Below are positions 9,264 to 21,300 of a stretch of 35,274 bases of DNA, one piece after another. The translations under genes and the position numbers were made by a program. A model generated the notes under the pieces. It searched no databases. It worked only from the letters and a program-made list of their open reading frames with translations, and was not told where the DNA came from. Position 1 is the stretch's first letter. Every line of letters starts with the position of its first letter. Origin of the DNA: Licmophora abbreviata (Eukaryota); NCBI GenBank assembly GCA_900291995.1, contig OLMU01003074.1, positions 1 to 35,274 on the forward strand. The letters run 5' to 3'.

Positions 9264-10235
9264 ATGGAAATTAACACAGAGGAGTCGACATCTCCTTCCG
9301 TATTGCAAGAATGGTCGAGGCGGGAGGAAAAAACACGGCAGCGCCGGACCATGGGGAGGTCGGCGCGACGGCGCCGGGCCAAGCTCAAGGCGATTCAAGA
9401 AGCCGAGAAGCGGCTGTGGACGGAAGGCCAAGAAGTCGTTCCAAGGGCCGTTCCAGTTCCGCAAGATAGATCTCAGGTGCAGCTTGGTGTTTTGGAGAGA
9501 AGAAAGGAGTGCTGGATGGAGGCAGACGAGGCTGCGCTTGTCGGACAGCTGGGTTTCGTACCTGGCAATGCAGTTGCAGTCGTTGCTCGAGCAGAAAGAT
9601 TTCCTTCGTTGCCCATTGAGGAAAATGTCCCGATTGTGCTGAAACTATATCCACTCGCTCTCCGAGACACTCACATGGGAGGGAAGAAGGATGGTAGACG
9701 GTTCAAGGGACGGCGCCGAGGGAAGCTGGCCGTAAATGATGAATCACTCTCTACGAACGATTCGACGGACGCCTCCACAGCTGATGCTTTGGTTGAACCC
9801 TTCCCAACTATATATTGGCTTACGCATCCTCTACTGCGAACATTGACATCGAAACTGGAGCTGGAAAAGACGGACAATGTGAAGGTCACGGAGGATCGGC
9901 TGAGTTCCGATCAGGATGCAATTGTGTCCATGGCACGAGCACATTCAGCTTATGGTGAGGACCGATGGGAGACCTTGACTAGTGAAGACGTGGAGTGGGT
10001 TACGAAGCGAAAATGGAGACCAGCATTAGATGCTAGGCGGGGTGTGGCCGGGATCAAAAAGAACGGCACTGTCAAGTGCCTTCATACGCATCTTGCTCAC
10101 TATCTGAGCGGAGGTCCTGGCAGCGAGCAGAACATTGTCGGCAGATGGGTATTCGAAGCCATTTTGAAGCTGATCAAATGTCAGGATAAGGGATGTTCTA
10201 GTTCATCGCCGGCAGAGGACGGAAAGGTTTCATGA
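9264..10235 (+). CDS. DUF501 domain protein
   Basis: Motifs 'EPFPTIYWLTHP', 'GVAGI...VKCLHTHLAHYL', 'NIVGRWV' match my recollection of DUF501. Confidence 0.8.
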   Translation: MEINTEESTSPSVLQEWSRREEKTRQRRTMGRSARRRRAKLKAIQEAEKRLWTEGQEVVPRAVPVPQDRSQVQLGVLERRKECWMEADEAALVGQLGFVPGNAVAVVARAERFPSLPIEENVPIVLKLYPLALRDTHMGGKKDGRRFKGRRRGKLAVNDESLSTNDSTDASTADALVEPFPTIYWLTHPLLRTLTSKLELEKTDNVKVTEDRLSSDQDAIVSMARAHSAYGEDRWETLTSEDVEWVTKRKWRPALDARRGVAGIKKNGTVKCLHTHLAHYLSGGPGSEQNIVGRWVFEAILKLIKCQDKGCSSSSPAEDGKVS

Positions 10236-10249
10236 GTACTAGCTAATGC

Positions 10250-11272
10250 TTACGGCGATAGAAACCTCTGCAACCTTTCGGCCACTTGTTCGTCGTGCAG
10301 TGATACTTCTTCCATGGATTTCGATATCGAAAGAACGCTGAGACACTGTTCAGCGGTTGTTCCTACGCGATAGCTCTTCTCCACAAACTTTTTTCGTCCT
10401 GCCCCGTGCGACGGCGACATTTTGAGCTGACGCTGGTCCCATTCGTGCACCTTCGTATCGATTGCGCCTGACGACCCAACGTCAGGACAAAGAAGATTAC
10501 AGGCGACTTCATATCGGCCCTCACTGTAGGGTAGCGTAAGAGCTTCGACACCAGGCAGACCTCCGTCGCGTTCGCGCAACACCCTCGTCAGCGACCGTGC
10601 AACATTGCGATTGCATCTTGCTGATAGTCTCACATTGTAGTTCTCCACAAATGTCAACGGAGCCCCTACGGTTGCCATACCTATTCTATTCGATGACGAC
10701 GAAGATTCTTTTGTTCTATCCTCCCGATCCCTGGATCGAAAGAACTCCGTCTGCTCTCGCCGCACAGTGGCTAGAGGGGTCCCATTGGGATGAGCTGTTC
10801 CGTAGTAGCGCAGCTGTGCCCCAATATCCTCCATTGCCGTACCGATCGTCCGAGCTGCCCATCCACTGGGAGTCGTCGGTGCGAAAAGATCACTGGATGA
10901 TTTGTGCGACCAAGGGCCATCTCTTAGGTCGGTACCTAGTGGCATCACTGCCACGTGGTCGACAAGGCCTACGAAAGGATGATAACAAGCGTCCTCTTCG
11001 TCTTGCTTTCCTGGGGCCATTAGAAGTCCTTCAATCGCGCCCCTGGCTAACTCAGTCGCCACTGTCACAACATTTTCAGCGCCTCCCGCCAAGTGGAACG
11101 ATGATCTGTCGTAGGGGCCATCTGCAAATGCATGCACGACGGCAATCGGCTCGTGGTGGTCGACGGCACGCAAATTATGGCAGAGCCCTTGCGCACAGTG
11201 CAGTATTCTCAACAGCAAATCTGCGTGATGAGGACGTCCAGCCGAGACATAGACATTGCAAGCAACTGACAT
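10250..11272 (-). CDS. Glutamate formiminotransferase-like protein (FT domain of FTCD only)
   Basis: Motifs 'ACNVYVSAGR', 'ADGPYDRSSFHL', 'HPFVGLVDHVAVMPL', 'VGAP...NYNV', 'RERDGGLPGVEAL', 'EVACNLL'. Confidence 0.85.
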   Translation of the reverse strand: MSVACNVYVSAGRPHHADLLLRILHCAQGLCHNLRAVDHHEPIAVVHAFADGPYDRSSFHLAGGAENVVTVATELARGAIEGLLMAPGKQDEEDACYHPFVGLVDHVAVMPLGTDLRDGPWSHKSSSDLFAPTTPSGWAARTIGTAMEDIGAQLRYYGTAHPNGTPLATVRREQTEFFRSRDREDRTKESSSSSNRIGMATVGAPLTFVENYNVRLSARCNRNVARSLTRVLRERDGGLPGVEALTLPYSEGRYEVACNLLCPDVGSSGAIDTKVHEWDQRQLKMSPSHGAGRKKFVEKSYRVGTTAEQCLSVLSISKSMEEVSLHDEQVAERLQRFLSP

Positions 11273-11680
11273 GAGGGCGCTACAAAGGCTCGGAAGAAAC
11301 AAACATTGCTCGACAGGGTCGATCTCTCATCGTTGATGTCATCTCGTCATCCGGTGTCATGGTCGGGGAAACTGACGTCACATGTGCCATATACGCAGCC
11401 CTGTGTTGAATCTCTTCTCGTCGTTCAATTTTGAAAAACAGGTACCAAGAAACCTCTGGTGTATCTATGTGATGATGGGTGGTGAGAATCAATATCGTAG
11501 AGTGTGTGACAGGGCTAAGTGTTGAACCGTTGTTGCGGTGTAGTCCGCTTACTATTCGTAAATAATTTAGTAGGTGTGCCTAGAACTGACTACCAGTATC
11601 TGCCCGTGTTAACTGACTTATGAGGTTCATCCTGGCCTCCTTTTACATTATTCGGGAGGCCTTGGATATGAACTATGTCC

Positions 11681-12665
11681 CTACACCCGGGAGGGTCGCA
11701 CAGCCTGCTCCGGAATGACGTTCGCGAATGTCACGTCTGGATCTACGGATGCGACAATCACTTCTGGATCTACGGTTGCGATAGGTACTGCGCCCTCTTC
11801 CAGCACCATATTCCTTGCAGTCGACGAATTCAATTCAGAACAAAACTCTTGACGGCAACATGGACACAAGCGTTCATCCTTTCTGCAAAGCCACTTTTCT
11901 ATGCATTCTCGATGATACGCATGCCGACACTCGCTCCGTGTCGACCACGTCACAGAGTTTCCCACTTCGTACGGACCCAAACACACGGCACAGGCGGCCG
12001 CTACCCGGCGCGAAGCGTTCGGGGCATCTGCTGGCAGCTGTAGCCACGCAAATTCCCGCTCATCCAAGTCCGCGACGTCTGAGACTTCATCAAGGGAACT
12101 GTCGCCTGTCTCGATATCAGAAACTAACTTCCTTGATTTGCTTCGACGGCCTTCTCGCTTGATTAGGCTATCAGATGTAACAATCTTTTATCAAACCAAC
12201 ATTCACAAGGAAAGGGATAAGCGATTCGCACAGTAATATGGCAGGGCCGCAACTACAACACGATGGAGTCCCATCTAAATAACCCATACGTACCATTGTG
12301 GTCGCTTCCAGTGCTTTATGAACTCCTTCAGAGCGGACCGACTCCAACCTATTCTGCAGCGTGGCCAATAAAGTCTGAGTGTGCGCTGATGCATTAGCAC
12401 GAGGCGACTGATGTCGCTCGCGCAACAACCGAATTTCTCGCAGGCGCCGCCTTCGATAGGCGCAAAGGGTGGGAATTATACAGCACAATACAAGAAGGAA
12501 GTACCACACCATGAATGCCATATACTCATAGACGTCTTTTTCTTGATCCGAGTTGTTGTTTCTGTTCTGTAGCACACGATGAAACGTCAGCAGGATAGTT
12601 GGTGGTGTGGCCTCTTTCTCTACCAGTCCTGGCATGGTGAAGTAGTCGGGAGTCGTGGTCTCCAT
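11681..12665 (-). CDS. Transmembrane RING-H2 E3 ubiquitin ligase; exons 12665-12294, 12184-11681
   Basis: TM segment 'YMAFMVWYFLLVLCCIIPTLCAY' followed by RRRR; RING-H2 'CAVC...CRHAYHRECIEKW...CPCC'. A 109-nt GT-AG intron (12293-12185) joins the frames. Start uncertain. Confidence 0.85.
11731..11784. repeat. Imperfect 27-bp tandem duplication in the RING gene 3' coding end
   Basis: tcacgtctggatctacggatgcgacaa / tcacttctggatctacggttgcgatag, encoding IATVDPEVI / VASVDPDVT-type repeats. Confidence 0.7.
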
Positions 12666-13251
12666 GTTCTTAGTCTCGGTTTCGGTCAAAGCCACAAACC
12701 AGAGAAGCCTGCTTAAATCTGAGAATCAACGCGGCAGCAACAGGGTTTCTGATCTCGTTAGGCCAAAAGGCCAAAAGATACAGGTTTACTTCGACACAGC
12801 GTGACAACACGTTAAAGCGCGACGGATTCTTTGTGTGTGCCGTTTCGAATTTCCCCGCCGCCAAAACTCAAGGACGGTGTCAATGTTTTCACTGCAGCCA
12901 ATCAGTCTCCACACAGTTCTTCCATCCAGGAAGAGAACAGCGTGCGATCCGTTGCAACGAGCCGAATGCAAAGGAACATTTGAGATTATGCCGCCGGCTG
13001 AGCGGAGAATCCTGACATCTTTTCTTTCGATCCAAAATCGAAGGTTCTCAAAAGCTCGATGTGTCGTGTCGCGGTACGACGTTTAGATGTCCGACGAATG
13101 TCGCACCACTATTTGTCGGCGCGCGTGAAGATTCATTCGTCGACACACTGTAGTAACACACTTTGACGATGAACGCGACAGCCGTCGTCGTCCCAGCCAT
13201 GTTCGTCAGTGTTACTGCTCATTCGTCCTATACTAGTAAAAGTCTCAAGCC

Positions 13252-14539
13252 ATGATTTCGTCAGAAGCCCGTTTCTTGGAAGCGAGAGAGGAAAGAGCAG
13301 CGCAACGACCGTGTCGGCGCAGCAAAAACAAGAGTGACGAGCTGAACGCATTTTGGCAAGGGGTGCGGCAGTCGCTGAAGGAGTGGCAGCGACGCTTGGA
13401 CGCGATCAAGCGCATGCCGTGTCGAACAGCTACCCAGCGATCTCAAACTGAAGCTATGCTGGACCAGTTGTTGGAAGAACTCCAGGAACTCCGTCGACAG
13501 TGTCTGTCGGAAGCCGAGAATTCCGTTTCGAACGAACTCCCTTCCGCCGATGTCCGTCTGTTGCACCAGGAGTTCACTAATTCTGCGACTAGGTTAGACG
13601 AAGTGCGACAAGAACTATGCCCTCCGAGTAAATTTGTTTTTGCCAGGTACCGAGCCGCCATGCGAGAACGGCTACGACACGATGGCGAAAGCGCGGGTTG
13701 TGTCGAGGTGGATTCACCTCAAGCGACGGGACCGCCTTCCAAGACCCACGAAGACGACAAGGGCTCGAACGTTCGAGTTCCATCCCCTGCTTACTCTGGA
13801 AATGCAATTAGACAGTACATGAATGCGACTATCGTTACGGAGTTGGATGGATCTACACATATAAGTCCCAAGGATGGTGCAGACGGCGAGAACGTTGTCC
13901 CTCCAAATGAAGAGAGCGACTCGGCGTCATTGCTGCTCGAATCATTAGAGAAGTGCAGCGTGATACTGTACGTAGCACAAGTCTAGTCATTTGTGTCTTA
14001 ACTTTGTGTTCTGTAACCCTTACACTCGGTGGCTGTTGTGTTCTATCGTGAGAAACGGCGAGTACAAAGCTATTCATCTACAGAATTTGTCCGACTGTAA
14101 CGTAAATGTATCGAACGCAGTCGAGGGGGCGATACACATTACAGCGTGTCACAATGTTTTTGTCCACGGAACGTGTCATCAGCTACGCCTTCACGACTCC
14201 ACGGGTCTCAAGTTCCGAGTTTGCGTGGGATCGGGGCCTATTCTGGAGGACTGTACCGACATCGTCTTTTATGCGGCCCCAGAAAATCTTCTCGTTCGCG
14301 AAGCCAAGGATTTCAACTGGTTGCGCAATGGCATTCCAAGTCCCAATTTTCGCATTATCGAAGAAGCGGTGACCGAGCGCAGCTTTGTAGAGGGTGCGGA
14401 TGCGATGCTGAAGGAAGCCAGTGTCGACTCGAAAACTGAAGAACAGGGCAAACAACTTGAGTCGCTAGAGACGCCGCACCACGTCTCTGCGAAAGAGCAG
14501 TCTCCTGGCGATGACGAAGAGAGCGACGACGAACTATAA
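13252..14539 (+). CDS. TBCC: Tubulin-specific chaperone C; exons 13252-13967, 14053-14539
   Basis: N-terminal helical bundle ending 'LCPPSKFVF'; C-CAP/cofactor C beta-helix 'GAIHITAC...CHQLRLHDS...SGPILEDC'; 'KDFNWLRNGIPSPNF'. Intron GTACGT 13968 to AG 14052. Confidence 0.9.
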
Positions 14540-14769
14540 ATTCCAATAACGGTAGGCAATGAGCTCTTTCGATGAACACCTAATGAAGTGAGAGCCCTGA
14601 TTGTAGTAGGAACTCGTGCTACCAGGTATTGTAGTGCCCGTTGAGACGATACGTAACGTGGAGCTCGCACCACTTCTGTATGTTTTATACGTATTCAGTC
14701 TACATTCACGAGCTCTTCGGCAACAGCAAAAAGCGGCGCGACGGCGCCGGCTTGGGACCGACCTGCACC

Positions 14770-17700
14770 ATGATGGCAATGACGAGTGAGATGCCGTCGT
14801 CGTCCTCGAGCAAACCAGCCTCTTTGAGAGAGGGAAAGGGCGACATGAAGCCGCTTCACCCCCATTCAATTCCTCCGCTTCCATTATCCAGCGCGATGGA
14901 CGACGAAAATCGACGGGAGACAGAAAACTCCTTGTCGACGTGCGGCGCGGAAGACACGGACAGAAAGCCGGCGTCTTCCTCTGGCAAGGCCAACGCTTCG
15001 GCCAATGCACCACAGTCTCGCTCTTTTTTGCATCGAGATCCGCTCCAAAGTGTGTCTGGTTCAACTGCACGAAACTCTCCCTCGCCGCAGCTCTTGTCTC
15101 AGACGTATTCTCGGGGGAACAAGCGACGAGTATTGAGATACGGGGAGACGCTTGACTCCCTTTTTTGTCTCGCCAATGACACCCCGTATGCACACCGACG
15201 CTTGTGCCAAGACATTGCTGACGGACCCTCAGCCGATGATCCAGCATCGTGGTCGCGCGTGTTGACAGTCGCTTCCAGCAAGATACTAGGTAGCGAGGAG
15301 GAGGCATCGGAACGGGGTAAGTCTACGTGGTGTTTTCGCCTGTGCTACAAATGAAACGATGTCTATCATGCAGCGGTCGCTCACGTCTCTTCCTCTACTT
15401 TATCTTTCCAGGCTCTGACTTGATTCGGCTGCATCGTCGTGCCACGTCTCGCTTTTCGCCGTTCTCGGAGCACAGCGATTCTGCCAAGGAGGAGGACATC
15501 TTGGCCTTGTGGTTGTCGTACGCCAGGGTACAGTCGTTCTTTGGATCGGCGGAGGAAGCACGTCTCACTTTCCGACACGTTCAGAACCAAAGGCTTGGAG
15601 AAAAGCTTGCCTCTTTTTACTTGTGCTTGGCGGAGTTTGAAGAGAAGCAGAACGACATGGAGCGAGCCAAAGACACCTTGAGGAAAGGTATGGACATCGG
15701 TGCCGAACCGAGGCACTCTCTGAAGGATGCTATGGACGTACTGGGTTCCAAGGGGGGAGTTGCGAAACGCGAAAGTGTAAGAAAGAATTCCCTTAGTCCT
15801 GTTCGCATCGCGGCGAAAGCTGCTGCCGGGATTCCTCCGCTGCCTACGGCTCGCTCGCCCACTGCCCCGCCGAGCAACAAACGCAAGTCGCAAGACGACA
15901 CGTCGCCGAAGCGGACAAACGCATCCACTGTCAGCATGAACCCAGTTGGCAACGATACAATGTCAGATGATCAAACGAGTGGAACTGGCAACTTGACGCC
16001 ACTGGATCGCATGGAAGCTCGGCGACCTCGTGTGAGACCTGCGACGAATGATGTTTCGGAAACTCGGTCCGCGTCCAAAGCAATGGAGAAGAAGCCGGAA
16101 ATGCTCATCAAAAATGCATTGAATCCTCTCCGTGAGTCGTCAGCGTTGAATCCATTGTCGTTGACGAGCACCAAGTCAACGCAAGGGCGACCACCGCTCT
16201 TGACCAAGACACCTCGCCTATCTCGAGCCGGTCTGAGCGGAAAGGCGCAGCGAGTCGACCCGGACCAGTCTCTTCATGCGGACAGTGAGGATGACAGCTC
16301 AATGGATACTGCGTCCAGAAGTGAAACGCTGGATGTGAGCAGTCTGCTGGAGAATGTGACGGACCATCCAGACGTGACAAAGCCAAAGAAAGTCCCCAAG
16401 CTGAATCTCGACTACATGATGAACTGGGATCCGAACTCCCGTCCTGGGACGTCAGCCTCTTCCAGCACCGCATCGAAGGACCAAGCGCCTTCTTTACCAC
16501 CCTCTCGAGCGTCGATGACGGGACGAGCGAGAACTCCCTCGATGGACAAGATTGAGGAGGCCTCTATCGGTGATGCGTCATCGGTACAAGCAAGCACGGC
16601 TGCGAGTGCCGCGAGCGCATCGTCAGTCGTCACCGCATCAATGCACTCAAACACGCACCGCAGTGACGGTAGCAATGAAAGTCATCAATCTGCTGCGAAT
16701 CGAAACGACCATTCGCAGGTCGCTGTAAGCGGCAAATCTGATGCCGATTCGCACGCGGCTGCACTGTCGACCAGGAACGCTGCCGAGTCCTCTGCGGACA
16801 TGGCCGCTTTGGTTTCCAAGTCTAACCGAGAATTCCTCCCTCTGGTCTGCGAGAGCAATATTCTTCGAGTGAACTCAGTACCCTACGCCAAGCTGGGTGT
16901 GATAGGCAAGGGTGGCTCATGCAAAGTATACCGCGCCCTCTCCAAGGACTGCTCGATCGTCGCAATTAAGAAAGTCAAGCTCGGAGGCATGGACAAGAAG
17001 GCAATCAACGGTTACGCCAACGAGATTGCACTCTTGAAGCGACTACGTGGGAATCCGGCTATCATCCAAATGTACGACAGCGAAGTCGATCTATCCCGTA
17101 AGGCAATCTTTGTTGTGATGGAACTCGGAGAAGTTGACCTGAACCAAGTCATTCAGCAGCAGACGCTGCACGACAAACAGAAGGAAGACGAAAGAAGTCG
17201 CAGTGCTCTTGACATGAACTTCATTAGGCTGACTTTTCAGCAAATGCTCAAGGCCGTTCACTGCATCCACGAAGAACGAATCATTCACGGCGATTTGAAG
17301 CCGGCTAACTTCCTTTTTGTGCGTGGCGCGCTGAAGCTTATCGATTTCGGTATTGCGAAGGCCATTCAGAGTGACGATACGACTAATATTTACCGCGACA
17401 GCCAGATTGGGACATTGAACTACATGTCCCCCGAAGCGATTCTCGACACTGGCTCCGGCATGAACGGTGCGCGAATGCGAATCGGCCGGGTAAGCAAGCT
17501 CTCGTTGCATATCTCGAGTGGAGTTGCACCATCGTCTTGCGAACTGCTGTGGCTCACCCGCCTCTTTTACTAAACTGTACCACCTTTTTCAGGCCTCCGA
17601 TATCTGGTCCCTCGGTTGCATTCTGTATCAGATGGTCTACGGCAAGACGCCGTTCGCCGAGCTCCACATGATCCAAAAGCTCCACGCCATTGTGAATCCA

Positions 17701-17847
17701 AATTACAAAATAAGCTTCCCTAAAGGCGTTGAAGATTTTGGAGCTGTTGATGCTATCCAACTGTGTTTGCGTCGCACGCCAGAGGACCGGCCTCCCATTG
17801 TCGGACCGAATGGGCTTCTCAACGAGCACTGCTTTCTGAACTCCTGA
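14770..17847 (+). CDS. MPS1: Mps1/TTK spindle-checkpoint kinase; exons 14770-15316, 15412-17489, 17593-17847
   Basis: Kinase motifs 'IGKGGSCKVY', 'YANEIALLKRL', 'MELGEVDL', 'IHGDLKPANFLFV', 'DFGIAKAIQSDDTTNIYRDSQIGTLNYMSPEA', 'SDIWSLGCILYQMVYGKTPF'; N-terminal TPR-like region. Two canonical introns of 95 and 103 nt. Confidence 0.92.
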
Positions 17848-18344
17848 CGGCGCAATGCTAAAATGTAGTCCGTGGTTATTACGATTGCTTATTATAAACA
17901 ATGGATGTTCTCATTGTATGAACCAACTACCTTTAGCATTGCTCATTGTACTACCAGTATGAGGTTCGATCTTCTCGTGATAATATATACGAGTAGTATA
18001 CAAAGTCATAACTTCAGCAACTTACGACAACGTGGATGGCGCACCTACCATCGTCAAGCGACGGCCTATTGCTCCGACTGTGTGATGGACCATACTACCT
18101 GGTAGCCGCAGTGAAAAGATGGGATAAAGAGTGTATTGAGTATGCGCGATTGAAGTAGTCGTCTCGAACCGACACTTTTCGATGGTTCCACGGTAGATCC
18201 GGGTTTTGCGCGATCTAAAGAGACTGTTTTGACTTGCAGATTCACGCCGTGTTTTACAAAATTCTTCCGTGATACCGATCTCGGAACACTTCAGTTTGTC
18301 AGTCAGAGTACAAACACTGTCCTCCTTTTCTTGTCGCATCTGAT

Positions 18345-21300
18345 ATGGAAGACCAAGAAGAACAAGGTGGAGCAGTTGCAGCGGGTAGCTGGACCTGTGA
18401 GGCTTGCGGATGCCATTCAAACACAGAATTAGCGAATCCTCAATCCTGCGGAATTTGTGGAATTCTTCGGCGAGGTGAGTTTTTCAGATTCCGTGTGTAA
18501 CGCAGAATCAAGTATTGATGCTCTGTAGATACAGGAACTTTCATTCCAAACCTGCATATCTGATGAGCTGCATCACTGGGGCCAAAAGTGTCTGCAATGT
18601 CTTGCTTGTTGTTGGTCGATTGCCGGCGTCGGGGATGGCAATCTTTGCTCTCGGGCAATCAAAAGATGTTAGCTCGTTCATGGATCGATTTTCTTCTCCC
18701 ACGCCCTATGCCCATGGCGGTCACGTGATTCGGCAGGCACGCGACCGGATTGGCGACACATCATCGCAAAATGTCAATCTTGCGTCACGAAAGGAAAGCG
18801 AAAGCGCGACGAGCTCACCTTTTCTTCTGCCTCTCGTTTCCACTTTGGTTGGCAGATGGTTCGGTGCTACGGAGAGGAGGGGTGTCTGCTGCATCTCGAT
18901 TCCTGTCTCGAGCGTACGCGCTCCGTCGAGGAATGAATCGGGACGACAATCCGTTTGATGATGATGGATTGCATATGATGGATCATTTTGATGAGGAGGA
19001 CGTCATGATGGAAGACGAGGAAGCTATGGCAGCGTTGGCATTGGGAGTTGCCGGGATTCGTCGAGGTTCCCGTACCGATATGGTGCATGGTGGACGTCTC
19101 ATGCGAGCAATGGAACCCCGGATGAGGCAGGCAGCAGCCCCACCGCGCAATCTTCCGCGTCCGGAAGATTTGATGCTTAAGGCGACACAAAATGCAGCGT
19201 CCTATCCGGAAACAACGTGGGCGCATGCTTCTCAGTTAGGAGGACGTATGCAAAGCGAATCGGTCTTCGAGCTTGGTCCTGGAGAATTGGCGAATGTGGC
19301 CTTGGCACCAGTGGGATCTGGAGAAGGACGCACCGTTCGTGCTATGCACCCGCTTCCACGCCACCCAGTTGCTATCGGTGAACAGGGACCAACACCGCAA
19401 TCGGAAACGAGTGCATCGAACAAGGTATTCGGGTTCAAAGTTTCGTTTCAGGGTCCTCGTCCACAAGTTGGAGCTAGCATGGGAGGGTGCTACCTGGTGG
19501 GGGTTGCGATGTCGTCGTTTACCGCTTTCGGGGAGCGCAATGGACTACAGCAATCGCCTTACTTTTGGGGCATCGAAGACGGCGGTAGCAAGTTTGAAGG
19601 CCCCGCCTCACGACAGCGCGGTCGCTCGTCATCTACTTTTGGCATCGAGATAGGCCGGGGCGAAGTCCCCTTCAATGACTCTGATATGCTGTTCGGGTCG
19701 CAAGAAGTACTGACGGTCGTGTGTGACATGGAGCACCGCACTCTTACCTACTGGAGGAACGAGCGTTTCTTGGGAACCCTAGTGACGAATTTACCGCGCA
19801 CCGGTTTGCTGTACCCAGTCGCAGTGCCTTTCAATTCTGGGGTCAGTGTTGCTATTACGGATATCCATGGCGATCCTCGTGAATCGTAAGTATTTGAAAA
19901 TAACCTCTCGCTGTTCGATTTGAATCTCTTCTGACTTATTCGTTTCATGCATCGCTGATGACAGCCTTCAGCAGTTCGAAGCTTACTGGATGGATGAACA
20001 CATGAGGCAAATCAAACGGCAGCGTAAGGCAATTTCTGAACTGCGGTCCGTGTACATCGCAAATGGTATGGCATCGCCTGGTCTTGTTATTGTCTTGAAA
20101 AAGATTTTCGCGTCGTACGTCGCTCCGAATGGCGAAAATTTAGACGATTCCCACCTTGTTCTCGAAAGTGTTGATGCGTCAAGGTTGTGGTATCGCTGTG
20201 GAATTCGCCTCGGTAGACTCCAGAGCTTGATGGAAGCCCGAGGCATCCGCAATTCCACTTCTGGTGACTTCTCGGTATCGTGTCGTGACTTTGTGTCATG
20301 TATTGAGGAACTTATCGAGGCTGATGAACAGGAATGGGGTCGTATCGACACGGGCACGCTTTCTCATGACAACTTCATGGTGAGAGCAGGAAGAGTTATT
20401 GGCTTGCCTTCGAATTGACCGTCCGCTTGTTACTCACGTCTTGACGCTCGTGTGTATTACTTGAAGATTGGAGATGTTGTTGAGCTTGTCGAGGGGTTTA
20501 CCAAGTATGGAGACGCTACCGATGGACCACTTAAGCTGGGAGAGCGAGGAATAGTGATTGAACTGAAAGAAGGATCGATTGGCCAAAAGTAAGATTGAAA
20601 CAGAGACTTTATTTTCGATGGAGTTGCGTCGCTCTCATCCAATTTCTTTCTTCCCACAGGCACGTTAGAGTTTTTTTCAGTGGTCAAACTTGGTGGTATC
20701 GAGCCCATGCACTACTCACTGAACGATCACAGCTCGTCGACAGTGCCGTCGTCTGGTTTCTGCGGAGGATGGTTCGCGCTCACGGGTACAGGTCAACCAA
20801 CCTTGAACCTATGTGGGGAGAACCTGTGTCAGCTTCCTCATGTCAGGTTGGAGACATTGTTGTGCCCAAAAGAACTGATCAGGATGACTCGGCTCTTCCT
20901 TGTAACTCGGACTATTGTTTTGGTCGTGTCGCAGCGTCGCAGACAAGTTCGTTGTCGCATGGTAGGCGCACGAGAGACTTTGGCATCGTTCAAGTCGAGT
21001 TTATTGATCCGTCATTTGGAGTGTTGACCGGCGTCTTTAACTCAAGTCGACTGGGGTCTGCGCCATCGCACCATGCACGGCAGATTCGGGCTCAAAAGCT
21101 TGTTCACGGTCGAAATTGTCTGTATAGACTTAACTCAGGCAACGGCAGTCGAGATGGAGTTGGGGAGGCGGAGGCAGTAGATCCGACATATGTCTCTCCG
21201 CAGGTGGTGAAAGACAGCATCATCGGACTCGAAGTCCTGGACGTCACAGCAATCGAAAGGGTCACCGAGGAGTGCCGAAAGAACATATTTTCACTGTCCG

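Noticed and set aside
10597..11274. 225-aa plus-strand ORF
   Set aside because: Antisense shadow of the formiminotransferase-like gene.
14534..15307. 257-aa antisense ORF
   Set aside because: Overlaps Mps1 exon 1 on the opposite strand and shows no protein-family features.
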